From positions 1 to 64,000 of the IMG/VR virus record IMGVR_UViG_3300046477_000491: a DNA stretch of 64,000 nucleotides. One strand, given 5' to 3'. Both the position numbers and the translations under genes were made by a program. Below are positions 1 to 8,886 of the stretch, in pieces; position 1 is the first letter of the stretch; each line of letters starts with the position of its first letter. The DNA is from a virus. The notes below the pieces were generated by a model. That model ran no database searches. It worked only from the letters and a program-made list of their open reading frames with translations, and was not told the DNA's origin.

Positions 1-119
1 GTCTGCTGAAGGGCCAGCACCTCGTCCTGGAGGTTGTTGACGTGCGACGCGTCGATGTCCTCCACCAGGTTCTTGTGCACGGTGAAGGACTTGTACTGCT
101 TCGGGTAGACGGCGGCCAT
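1..119 (-). CDS. Partial tail or baseplate-associated protein (MAAVYPKQYKSFTVHKNLVEDIDASHVNNLQDEVLALQ...)
   Basis: ATG overlaps the baseplate J stop (TGATG). The frame is open to the window edge. The 'HVNNLQDEVLALQ' segment resembles tail-fibre N-termini. Confidence 0.65.
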   Translation of the reverse strand, partial: MAAVYPKQYKSFTVHKNLVEDIDASHVNNLQDEVLALQQ

Positions 120-1591
120 CAGCCGATCCCTCCGGTCATGGTGATGTTGGCGATGTTGCCGACCGTCGGGATTTCCCAGGCGCGCATGACGATGTCAGCG
201 GTTCCGGTCTGGGCCGCGTCGGCGCGGGCGATGAGGGGGATGCTGACGTAGCGGACGCCGTCCACGTCGAGGAGCGTCTTGTAGAAGTCGGAGAGGGTCA
301 TCCGCATGCCGAAGTCGACGTTCGCGAAGGAGAGCATCGTCTTCAGCGCCTGCTGCACGTCGTAGAGCACGGAGGCCCGGGAGTACCGGGGCCAGCACTC
401 GACGACGACCGGGTTCGAGGCGTTGCCGACGTTCACCTTGACCGTGGTCGGGCCGGACACGGTGACCGTGGTGCCTGCCAGGGCCTTGGACTGGAGGGTG
501 CTCTGAACGTTCTGGAGGGTGGCCGCGCTCGGGGTGCCTCCGTCGGAGCCGATGACGAACACCGAGATCGAGGTATAGGTCGAAGCGATGGAGTTGGCCC
601 GGACGATGCCGGGGGTGGTCAGCGCGAGGTCGGAGAAGTCCGCGAGGGTGACACAGCGGTCCTGGGTGCGGAAGATCCTGGGGGCGTTCGCGCGGATCTG
701 GTCGTTGGTCTCCGGGTCGGCCCCGCCGGTCATGGCGGAGGAGATCGCGTTGCCGCTGGCGTCCTGCGCGAAGGTGACGCCGGGCAGGGCGGAGTCCGCG
801 ATGGCGCTGACGACGCCCGCGTTCACGTTGCCGAGCGTTCCTCCGCCCACGCGGTAGGTGGCGTAGAGGGTCAGGTTCGTGGTCGGGATGGCGCCGTTGA
901 TGTTGTCGCCGAAGCGGACCCAGGTGGCGCCCGCGTCGTCCAGGTAGGTGCTGAAGACACGGTCGCTCGGATCGGCGTCCACGATGTAGTCGATGTACGT
1001 CCACTCGGTGAGGGTGGAGACGTCGTCCACGTACACGCGCACGGTGCCGCCGATGACGGGCACGTCGGGCAGCCGGAACTCCTGCACGGGCAGACCGTTG
1101 GAGGTGCCAATGTTGACCTGCGTGCGGGTGACTCCCTGGGTGACAGCGACAGTCGCGGTGCCACCGTTCTTGGGCACAGTCACGTCGATGTTGGTCTCGT
1201 ACGTGATCGGAGAGTCGATGGTGTCGACGTAGTCCGTGACGACCTGGGTGCCCGCTGGCACGGTGACGGCCGGGCCCGGGTTGGACGTCTGGAAGGTGAC
1301 GGTGCCGCTGGCCGGGACGCCATTGGAGGGCCGGTAGCCGAGCAGGTCGGAGATCTGGAGAAGGGACATCCGCTGCGTCGCGGTCGGCAGGAAGGACTCC
1401 TGCTGGAGCCGGTCGCCGTAGTAGGAGAGGTTGTCCCCGAGGTAGGAGAACAGCTCGACCATGAGCACGCCGAAGTCGCCCTCGGAGGAGGGCACCCACT
1501 GGGGGAACGCGCGGGAGGCAAAGTCCAGGAGGCTGGCCTTGAACCCCTCGTAGTCCCGGGAGGTGTAGTCGATCGCGGGAACGTCAGCCAC
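119..1591 (-). CDS. Baseplate wedge protein, J/gp47/gp6-like
   Basis: N-terminal IDYTSRDY, FGDNINGAIP, YRVGGG and GGADPET...RCVTLADF motifs; follows the gp25-like gene. Confidence 0.9.
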   Translation of the reverse strand: MADVPAIDYTSRDYEGFKASLLDFASRAFPQWVPSSEGDFGVLMVELFSYLGDNLSYYGDRLQQESFLPTATQRMSLLQISDLLGYRPSNGVPASGTVTFQTSNPGPAVTVPAGTQVVTDYVDTIDSPITYETNIDVTVPKNGGTATVAVTQGVTRTQVNIGTSNGLPVQEFRLPDVPVIGGTVRVYVDDVSTLTEWTYIDYIVDADPSDRVFSTYLDDAGATWVRFGDNINGAIPTTNLTLYATYRVGGGTLGNVNAGVVSAIADSALPGVTFAQDASGNAISSAMTGGADPETNDQIRANAPRIFRTQDRCVTLADFSDLALTTPGIVRANSIASTYTSISVFVIGSDGGTPSAATLQNVQSTLQSKALAGTTVTVSGPTTVKVNVGNASNPVVVECWPRYSRASVLYDVQQALKTMLSFANVDFGMRMTLSDFYKTLLDVDGVRYVSIPLIARADAAQTGTADIVMRAWEIPTVGNIANITMTGGIG

Positions 1592-2003
1592 TGATGACCT
1601 CGCTTACGGTGCCGCCGACCCGGACGACTGCTGTGTTGGACTGGAGAGCCAGGCTGGAGGGGGACGCCCCGTCCTCGCGGCGGATGTAGTCGACCTCGAT
1701 ACGGGCGAGGGACATCTGCGTGGAGTCCGGGATCGGGGTCGCCTTCTGGAGGACCACACCGGGCTCGTACGAATTGAATGCCGTGGTCACGGCACGACTG
1801 ATTTCCTGAGCGACAAAAGGCGCGTCAGGTTCGAAAAGCAGATCGGCCACGGGAACCCCGTAATCGGGGAGCATGACCCGCTCCCCCGGCTGCGTGCCGA
1901 TGAGCGCGTTCACATGCTGGGCGATCTGCCTGTCCGGGCTCGTCTCGACGGCTATGGTCCCGTCGGACGCAAGACGAAACGGAAATGCAATCTCGGTAGG
2001 CAT
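1584..2003 (-). CDS. Baseplate wedge protein, GPW/gp25 family
   Basis: IAFPFR and 'TQPGERVMLPDYG...LLFEP' motifs; position before J. Confidence 0.9.
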   Translation of the reverse strand: MPTEIAFPFRLASDGTIAVETSPDRQIAQHVNALIGTQPGERVMLPDYGVPVADLLFEPDAPFVAQEISRAVTTAFNSYEPGVVLQKATPIPDSTQMSLARIEVDYIRREDGASPSSLALQSNTAVVRVGGTVSEVISG

Positions 2004-2053
2004 GCTTGCATTCTCCCAGGAATGCCTACCGAGATTGCATTTACGGTTCTACG

Positions 2054-2356
2054 TCAGATACCGGGGAACGCGGACTGGGAATCCGCGAGGACCTGCTCGT
2101 TCTCCGCCGAGAGGTCGCTGTCGACCGCCTGCCTGGACGTGTTGTAGTCCTGCGCGGCCTGGTTGTATCGCGGGGCGGCGTTGTTCTGGTTCGCGGCCTG
2201 CTCCGTGCTCACCCAGGTGTCACGGATGTAGGTCTTTACCGCCAACTGCACGAGGTCCATGTCCGGAGTGTCCGCGTTGTTGGGGTAACAGGCGTGGAAC
2301 GAGGCAGCGACCCGGGGCCAGTACTCGTCGGGAACGGTGACGGTGACGTCAGCCAT
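2054..2356 (-). CDS. Small tail-associated hypothetical protein (possible fibre chaperone)
   Basis: 100 aa ORF with RBS directly after the spike/fibre gene. Confidence 0.6.
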   Translation of the reverse strand: MADVTVTVPDEYWPRVAASFHACYPNNADTPDMDLVQLAVKTYIRDTWVSTEQAANQNNAAPRYNQAAQDYNTSRQAVDSDLSAENEQVLADSQSAFPGI

Positions 2357-2366
2357 TAAGACTTCC

Positions 2367-5300
2367 TCACTTCGTGTAGGTCACTCTAAGTTGCGGAGGG
2401 TGGGAGTCGCCAACACCGTTGAAGATTCCGTAGTAGGTCTTGTCGGTGCTGGATCCCAGGTCTCCACCGAGCGTAATTCCACGATAGGGGGTGGACGCGT
2501 TCCAACTGGAATTCCAGGAGGACGGCAGGGTTACCCACTTACCGGCGCCTACCGGCCAGGAGGAAATGGTGTCGTTGACTCCACCCACGCCCGAGAATCC
2601 GGTTGGCTCGTTGGTTCCTGTGAACACGCCGATGTGCGCCGTACCTCCCCCGTTGTAGTACCAGTGGTTGGCGTACAGGTAGACCTCGACCTTTGAGACC
2701 TTCGCCGTGGAGCCCATGTCCGTGTATGGCTGCGTGCCGAAGTAGACCATCGACTTCTGCGTGCCCCAGGTGCTGGAGTAGTAGCCCTGGTACATCGAGC
2801 CATCGGTGTACCCGGCGCTGCCGAACCGGCGGGACCAGACCGCGTTGTACGTCTTGGTGTACGTCTGAGTGGCCGTGACAACCTGACCGCCCGTGTTGTA
2901 GACACCGCCTTCGTGGACCGCCGGGCCGACGTCCTCGACGTAGAAATCTGAGGACTGTCCCGGGCTGTAGTTGCGCATACCCCAGCCGGTAGCGGCGCCT
3001 GCGTGGATGCGCCCGACCCACAAGACCCGGTGAGTGCCCGGCGCGAGCGCCGTGGTGGCGCCGTACAGTCCGCCCGGGTCGGTGGAGCAGACGAGGATGG
3101 CTTCTACATCAACCGTGAAGTCGCTGCCGACGCCGTCGTAAGAGACCCCGAAGTTGCGGCCGAGCATCGTGTCGTTCACCGTCGGGCTGGCACCGTTCGG
3201 TGTGAGGATGGTGCAACCGTTCAGCGTCGTCGTCGTTCCGGACGCTTGGATAGCGTTCTCCAACTCGGACGGGGTGCCACCGCTACCTCCTCCCGTGAAG
3301 TCGAACTGCGAGCGGGCCCGGATGCGGTACATGCGCCCCTCGACTGCCGTGAAGGACAACTCGATCAGGCCGAAGGAGGCATCCGTGTTGCCGGTACCGC
3401 TCATGTAGTAGGTCGAGGAGGTCGGCTTCTGGGTCCAGCCGCGCTCGTAGGTGACCATGCCCCACGGCATGTTCCACAGCAGCGATCCCAGTTCCTGGCC
3501 CTGGTACCAGATCTGGCCGGTCGGGTCGTCGGAGGATGCCCCCGCCGGGCGCTGCGGGGTGAAGAGCGACTTGAAGGTGCCCACGCCGTTGGGGTCGATG
3601 CTTGCTGCTCCGCCCGCGAAGGTGGCGTAGGCGTTGGACGTGGTCAGTTCCGTGCCGAGTGTTCCGTCTGGCCCGAACAGCCGGATACCGGCGGCCGAGA
3701 TGTCCGTGGCGCCGTAGCCCTCGCGCATGACGAGGACGTCGTCCACGCAGATGTAGGAGAACGACGAGGTGGACAGCCCGTACGAGCCGGGGTTCAACTG
3801 CTGGAAGGTGACCCGGCCCCACAGTGCCCCGGTGGGCGCTGTCATCTCGAAGATGTCTTCGGTGTACGCCGCAGCGTTGTAGGTGACGTCGTTGACCCCA
3901 GCCATCTGGTCGGTCCAGGTGACCTTGTCCGTGCTGGTCTCGAAGGTGACGTGCAGGTGTCCGATGCCGTAGTACCAGTACCGGAACATGTACGTCTCCC
4001 CGGCGACGACTGGGAAGGGGTCGCTGGTCGCGGTTGCGGTGCCGGTGTTGTTGACCCCCAGGGTGGCCTTGCCCTGCCCGGAGCGAGCCGGGTACCCGCC
4101 TTGAGCGATCTCGATCTTGGAAACCGTTGTGGCCAGGGTGTTGTCGCTCTGGGTCAGGGTCCAGCCGACGCGGGAGGCGTCCTCGAAGCCCGGGTTGGTG
4201 ACCATGTTGCCGGTCACGGAGCCCAGGGAGAGGTGCGAGGCGTTGACGTTGCCGAGGTTGATGTTGGCGGAGTTGACCTGGCCGGTCTCGACGACCTCGA
4301 TGGTGAACATGTCCATCTCGGCCGCGCCGGATCCGCCGTTGTAGTTCAGGTACAGGCAGGGGCTGATGTACTTCACGTTCTGGTGCAGCGTGGCCGGGGC
4401 GGTCGGATTGTTGGCCGTGTTGCCGCCCGTGGGGGTGGCGGAGACGCCCTTGATGTAGCCCGTGTAGGTCACCCACGCGCCACCCGTGGTCAGGGGGACT
4501 CCCTTGGCCGCGACGTAGTGCTGGCTGGAGACGGCGTTGGAGCCGCTGGTGTTGACCAGGGTCACACCGTCGGACGCGATGCCGGTGACGCCCGCATAGA
4601 AGCCCTGGTTGACGCCTGGGGTGGAGTTGTCGGAGACCTGGCGGACCCGGCAGGTCACCCGGTAGGTGACGTTCGGGTCGAAGGGTATGAGCAGGTCCGG
4701 ACGGTAAGCGCCTTGGACGTACCCGGCGCAGCGCATGACGTAGCCGCCGGAGGCCGCGTCGGTCTTGGATACCGAAGTGAGGGTGCCACCTGCACCTGCG
4801 GCGTTCAGCCACTTGCTGGCGTTCTGGCCGAAGTCGTAGAACTTCTGGCCCACCAGTCCCTGAAGTCCGGCGGAGAACTTGTCGACGGTCATCGTTCCGG
4901 CCTTGATGCTGTTCGCGTCCAGGTTGGTGACGCTTACCAGGCTCGCGTCGATGGTGCCGGTCTTGATCGAGCCGCCGCTGATCGTGGTCGTGGTCGGGAT
5001 GGTGCCGTTGCTCAGTTGTCCGGCAGGGACGGAGACGCCTGCGCCTATGGAGCCGGTGACCGTGGTCGACGACGAGGCGCTGGTAGCGGACGTGGCGGTC
5101 GTTGCCGAGGTAGCGCTGGCCACCGTGCCGCTCACGTTGCCGCCGGTCACGACCAGGTTGGTCGCGTCGATCTGCGTGGCGGTGATCTTCCCGACGGTGA
5201 TCTTGGACGCGTCGATGCTGGCGATGACACCGCTCTGGGCCGTGATCGTTCCGGCCGCGATCTGGTTGGCCGTGATCGTGTTCGCCGCGATCTGGTTGGC

Positions 5301-6671
5301 GGTGATGGTGTTGGCCGCGAGCCTGTCGCCCGTGATCGAGCCCGCCAGGATCTGGGTAGCCGTCAGCGTCCCGGCGGTGATCTTCGAGGCGTCCAGCGAT
5401 CCGGTCGCGATGCGCGCGGCGTTGAGTGTGCCAACGTTGATCTTGCCCGCGTCGAGGTCGGAGATCTTGGCGTTGTTGATGGCCGCGTCGGCGATCTGCG
5501 CGTTGCCGATGGCGCCGTTGATGATCTTCGCCGAGCCGATCGTGGCGTCCGCGAGCTGGGTGCCGGTCACCGCGTTGTTGGCGATGTTCGTGGTGCCGAC
5601 GGCCAGGGCCGCCAGCTTGCCTGCCTCGACAGCCCCGTTGGCGATGTTCGCAGCCAGGACGGCGTTCGCCGCCAGCTTCGTGTTGTCGATGGCGCCGACC
5701 GCGATCTTCGCCGCCGACAGCGAGCCGTCGAGGATGTCCTGCGCGACGGCCTGCTTGGGGGTGTCCGAGTTCGAGCCGGACGGGGCCGATGCGATGCCGA
5801 CCTTGGAGTAGGCGACCAGCCGGTAGAAGTAGGCGCTGGCGTAGTTCTGGATGGAGTCGTACAGGAAGTCCGGGCCGGGCAGCGTGCCGATCACGACGGG
5901 GTTGGAGAATGCCGAGGTGGTGTCCCGCTGCACCTGCACGTGGGAGAAGATCGCAGGCATTGCCGTGCCGGTGTTGTCCTTGCCGTCCCATGTGACGCGC
6001 AGGCCGCCGAGCACGCCGAGGACCCCCGGCGCGGAGGGCACCGGAGGCGGGGTGGAAGCGGATGCCGTGGTGAGGTTGGCGCTCGCCCACAGGGAGGTGT
6101 TGTTGCTGGTGTCGAAGGCCGCGACCCTCACGTAGAGGGCCACGCCGGTATTAAGCCCGTCGAGGAGGACCAGGTCCTCCGTGGTGACGAAGCCGCCGCT
6201 CCAGTTGCTGTTGTCGTAGGAGGTCTGGAGCAGGTAGTGGGACAGGTCGGTGAGTGCAGTGCCGTCCTGGTTCTCGGTCGGCGGGGTCCAGCTCGCCGTC
6301 ACGCGGGCCCGGGTGGCGCCCTCGTTGGTGACGTACTGCACCGTGGTGAGGGTGAGCGCGGTCGGCTCCTTGGGCGGCAGGGCGTCGAGGGAGCCTCCGC
6401 CCCCGTCGCCGAGCTGGTCGACCTGGTCCTGGACGTCCTTGATCCCCAGCGGGGAGTAGACCGGCTTGGTGATGTCCCCGCCGGAGAACTGGACCCACAG
6501 CGTCTGGCCAACCGGCGGGATGGTGTTGGTCGGGGAAGAGGGGGCGGCCCAGGCGCTTTCGGCGTTTCCGAGTACCTGCGGAATGAGCAGCGTGACACGT
6601 GCTTCGTTCAGCGGGTCCTGGTTATTGGCAACGCTCGCCCGGTACATTCCCAGCACCGGATCAGCCGACAT
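2367..6671 (-). CDS. Baseplate spike (gp5/gpV OB-fold) fused to FN3 domains, 10-residue repeats and a tail-fibre/carbohydrate-binding C-terminus
   Basis: N-terminal 'GMYRASVANNQDP..RV.L.IP...WA.P...P.VG..LWVQF.GGD...PVY', FN3-like segments and ITANQIAANT-type repeats; 1434 aa. Confidence 0.85.
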   Translation of the reverse strand: MSADPVLGMYRASVANNQDPLNEARVTLLIPQVLGNAESAWAAPSSPTNTIPPVGQTLWVQFSGGDITKPVYSPLGIKDVQDQVDQLGDGGGGSLDALPPKEPTALTLTTVQYVTNEGATRARVTASWTPPTENQDGTALTDLSHYLLQTSYDNSNWSGGFVTTEDLVLLDGLNTGVALYVRVAAFDTSNNTSLWASANLTTASASTPPPVPSAPGVLGVLGGLRVTWDGKDNTGTAMPAIFSHVQVQRDTTSAFSNPVVIGTLPGPDFLYDSIQNYASAYFYRLVAYSKVGIASAPSGSNSDTPKQAVAQDILDGSLSAAKIAVGAIDNTKLAANAVLAANIANGAVEAGKLAALAVGTTNIANNAVTGTQLADATIGSAKIINGAIGNAQIADAAINNAKISDLDAGKINVGTLNAARIATGSLDASKITAGTLTATQILAGSITGDRLAANTITANQIAANTITANQIAAGTITAQSGVIASIDASKITVGKITATQIDATNLVVTGGNVSGTVASATSATTATSATSASSSTTVTGSIGAGVSVPAGQLSNGTIPTTTTISGGSIKTGTIDASLVSVTNLDANSIKAGTMTVDKFSAGLQGLVGQKFYDFGQNASKWLNAAGAGGTLTSVSKTDAASGGYVMRCAGYVQGAYRPDLLIPFDPNVTYRVTCRVRQVSDNSTPGVNQGFYAGVTGIASDGVTLVNTSGSNAVSSQHYVAAKGVPLTTGGAWVTYTGYIKGVSATPTGGNTANNPTAPATLHQNVKYISPCLYLNYNGGSGAAEMDMFTIEVVETGQVNSANINLGNVNASHLSLGSVTGNMVTNPGFEDASRVGWTLTQSDNTLATTVSKIEIAQGGYPARSGQGKATLGVNNTGTATATSDPFPVVAGETYMFRYWYYGIGHLHVTFETSTDKVTWTDQMAGVNDVTYNAAAYTEDIFEMTAPTGALWGRVTFQQLNPGSYGLSTSSFSYICVDDVLVMREGYGATDISAAGIRLFGPDGTLGTELTTSNAYATFAGGAASIDPNGVGTFKSLFTPQRPAGASSDDPTGQIWYQGQELGSLLWNMPWGMVTYERGWTQKPTSSTYYMSGTGNTDASFGLIELSFTAVEGRMYRIRARSQFDFTGGGSGGTPSELENAIQASGTTTTLNGCTILTPNGASPTVNDTMLGRNFGVSYDGVGSDFTVDVEAILVCSTDPGGLYGATTALAPGTHRVLWVGRIHAGAATGWGMRNYSPGQSSDFYVEDVGPAVHEGGVYNTGGQVVTATQTYTKTYNAVWSRRFGSAGYTDGSMYQGYYSSTWGTQKSMVYFGTQPYTDMGSTAKVSKVEVYLYANHWYYNGGGTAHIGVFTGTNEPTGFSGVGGVNDTISSWPVGAGKWVTLPSSWNSSWNASTPYRGITLGGDLGSSTDKTYYGIFNGVGDSHPPQLRVTYTK
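5240..5320. repeat. Imperfect 30-bp tandem repeats encoding ITANQIAA(N/G)T units
   Basis: CCGCGATCTGGTTGGC recurs at a 30-bp period within the fibre gene. Confidence 0.75.
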
Positions 6672-7812
6672 TGATGTCCTCCAGAAGACTCGATTCCCAG
6701 AACTGCTTGTTCCTCAGCACAGCCGGGACGGTGTCGAACTTGAAACGCTTGTTCGCATCGCTTCGGAATGTTACCGCGTAGGGCTGGTCCCTTTCCGCAT
6801 CCACGGTCGTGGTGAACATCAGGCCCGTGTTGCTCTTGTCGCGGTTGATGACGTGCTTGGTGCCCGTCACCATCCACCGGCCCTTGTTGTCCGACGAAAT
6901 GGAACTGCCGGAGATCCCGATGAGTGTTCCCGGGGCGACTTTCGCCGTGCCATATATCTCGGCCTGCATGGTGATCCAGCCACGGGAAGCGAGAGTGCGT
7001 GCTTCCATAAGCGCCTGCGCGTCGGCGTAGTTGTCGACGGCTCGGGCAGTGGATATGGAATTCAGGAACGTTCCGATTCCGGTGTCGGAAGCGGAGGACG
7101 CCTTGATGACCTTTCCGGTCTTCGCATCCAGGCCGGAAATCACCGAGGTGCTGGCCGCGCCATTGCTGCGCGGAATCATCGTTCCGGTGAGAATGGAAAG
7201 GCTCTGGAGGGTGTCGTAAAGTCCCGGCGTCTGGTTCTTGGAGAACACCGGGATGTCCTGGACCTTCTGCCCGAGCAGGAGAATGCGCGGGTCGAGGAAG
7301 TACAGGGTCGAGCCCTCCACCCAGAAGCGGTAGCCGGTCTCGGACGCGAGGTCGTTGACCAGCTTGAAGTCGCTCTCTCCGGTCTGGGCCCAGTAGGTCA
7401 GGCGCCGGGCGGACGGGGAGATGACGGTGCGCAGGCCGTTCTCCCGGCCCACCTTCCGCACGATCGCGGTCGGGGACACGTTCTTCCACGACCGGGTGCG
7501 CTGGGTGTTCATCGGCAGGGTGGTCCCGATGCAGATGTAGCGCATGGTGACGTTGCGACTGCCGGAGGAGGCCAGCGCGCTGGAGTGGTGCACGTAGCCG
7601 TACCAGCGCACGATGTCGTTCGGGGAGCGTCCGTAGTCGAGCACGACCGGTGTCAGTTCGCCGTACGGGCTCGCGGCGGTGGGCGGCGTGGTCACGTCGA
7701 TGATGGCCATCGAGTGCACGCCGTAGCCCTCGCGGATTTCCACCCGCGAGATGAGGCTGCTGACCTTGTCGGTGCCCATCGACAGACGGGTGACCGGTGC
7801 TTGTTCAGACAC
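6661..7812 (-). CDS. Baseplate hub protein (VgrG/gp27/GPD-like)
   Basis: 'QTGESDFKLVNDLASETGYRFWVEGSTLYF' late-control-D type motif; position before the spike. Confidence 0.85.
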   Translation of the reverse strand: MSEQAPVTRLSMGTDKVSSLISRVEIREGYGVHSMAIIDVTTPPTAASPYGELTPVVLDYGRSPNDIVRWYGYVHHSSALASSGSRNVTMRYICIGTTLPMNTQRTRSWKNVSPTAIVRKVGRENGLRTVISPSARRLTYWAQTGESDFKLVNDLASETGYRFWVEGSTLYFLDPRILLLGQKVQDIPVFSKNQTPGLYDTLQSLSILTGTMIPRSNGAASTSVISGLDAKTGKVIKASSASDTGIGTFLNSISTARAVDNYADAQALMEARTLASRGWITMQAEIYGTAKVAPGTLIGISGSSISSDNKGRWMVTGTKHVINRDKSNTGLMFTTTVDAERDQPYAVTFRSDANKRFKFDTVPAVLRNKQFWESSLLEDINVG

Positions 7813-8077
7813 TGGGGATCCTGATGATCTGGCCGGGCGTGAGTTCGTCCCACGTCATGACCTCGGGGTTGGCGTCGGCGATGTGCCACCACATCCGTGC
7901 GTCGCCGTAGTACTGGGTGGCGAGCAGGTCGACGCGGTCGGAGGAGGTCCACTGGTGGTAGGTGAACTGGAAGGACCATTCGCGCTGCTGGCCCGGTACG
8001 ACGGTGAGGTTGGTGCCACGTCCGGAGGAGACCAGCGCGAGGGTGGAGCCCGCGTAGCGGGAGTTCGAGGAGATCAC
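7805..8077 (-). CDS. LysM/tail-X-like baseplate protein
   Basis: GTG start overlaps the upstream stop (GTGA); 'DRVDLLATQYYGDARMWWHIADANP...PGQIIRIP' motif. Confidence 0.85.
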   Translation of the reverse strand: MISSNSRYAGSTLALVSSGRGTNLTVVPGQQREWSFQFTYHQWTSSDRVDLLATQYYGDARMWWHIADANPEVMTWDELTPGQIIRIPSV

Positions 8078-8856
8078 CGGCCTGCCTTTCCGCTGGAGCC
8101 CAACTGCTCCGACGCCGACAGCGGGTCGCCCCAGTTCGCCAGGCGCGGGCCGATGATCGGCGCGTACTTGTTGCCGCCCTGCGGGGAGGGCAGGAGCGTC
8201 ACGCCCACGACGACCACGCAGCGCTGGGGGATCATCTGCTGAGTCCAGTGGGTGTACCGGACCTCCAGCGACGAGATGGTCCCGTAGTAGGACAGCGTCG
8301 AGCCGATGACGACGAACACCGGGGTGTAGATCATCGGGCCGGACGGGCCGGTGGAGAACGAGCCCTTCTTGAAGTTGTCGATGGCGCCCTGGACGTCGGC
8401 CTTGTTGTCGCCGGTCGCGCTCATCGGGGAGGCGATGCCGGTCATCCGGTACAGGGACAGGACGTCGTAGGCGACACCGAACTCGGGCACCCACGTGAGG
8501 GCGTCCCCGTAGAGTTTCGAGGAGTCCCACAGTTCGTAGGTGCGGTCGAATTGCAGCGCGAAGGACAGCGTCTGCTGGAGGGGCAGGATGAACTGCCCCG
8601 CAGTGACGTCGTTCGGCAACTGTGAGTTCGGGTCGGCGAGGACCCCCGTGTCGATGCCGTGGTTGAGGTCGATCTCGCCCGGGTTGTACAGGAAGTTGCA
8701 GCGGTAGCGCACACCGTTGATCGGCTTCTCCATGATGATGAAGCCGCGCGTCAACTTCTTGTTGTTGTCGAAACTGTGCCCGTCGTTCTGGAGGAACGGA
8801 ATGGCAGAGATCCGAGGGTCGAAAGGACCGTTGTCCACGATCTTGCTGGCGGCCAT
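8074..8856 (-). CDS. Tail tube initiator / CIS-tube-like baseplate protein
   Basis: 'FLYNPGEI', 'LSFALQFDRT' and 'GTISSLEVRYTHW...PQRC.V.V' pattern; lies between tape measure and LysM genes. Confidence 0.7.
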   Translation of the reverse strand: MAASKIVDNGPFDPRISAIPFLQNDGHSFDNNKKLTRGFIIMEKPINGVRYRCNFLYNPGEIDLNHGIDTGVLADPNSQLPNDVTAGQFILPLQQTLSFALQFDRTYELWDSSKLYGDALTWVPEFGVAYDVLSLYRMTGIASPMSATGDNKADVQGAIDNFKKGSFSTGPSGPMIYTPVFVVIGSTLSYYGTISSLEVRYTHWTQQMIPQRCVVVVGVTLLPSPQGGNKYAPIIGPRLANWGDPLSASEQLGSSGKAGR

Positions 8857-8886
8857 TACACAGCCACCCAGGTATTAAGCCGCATG

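Noticed and set aside
5100-5720. Repeats in the fibre gene as a CRISPR array or diversity-generating retroelement
   Set aside because: They are in-frame coding repeats without spacers; no reverse transcriptase or TR/VR pair was seen.
3003-6674. Very long plus-strand ORFs (e.g. 3003-6674, 8659-10800, 44843-46945, 58799-60760)
   Set aside because: Antisense shadows of real high-GC genes; stop codons are scarce in these frames and the products have no recognisable motifs.
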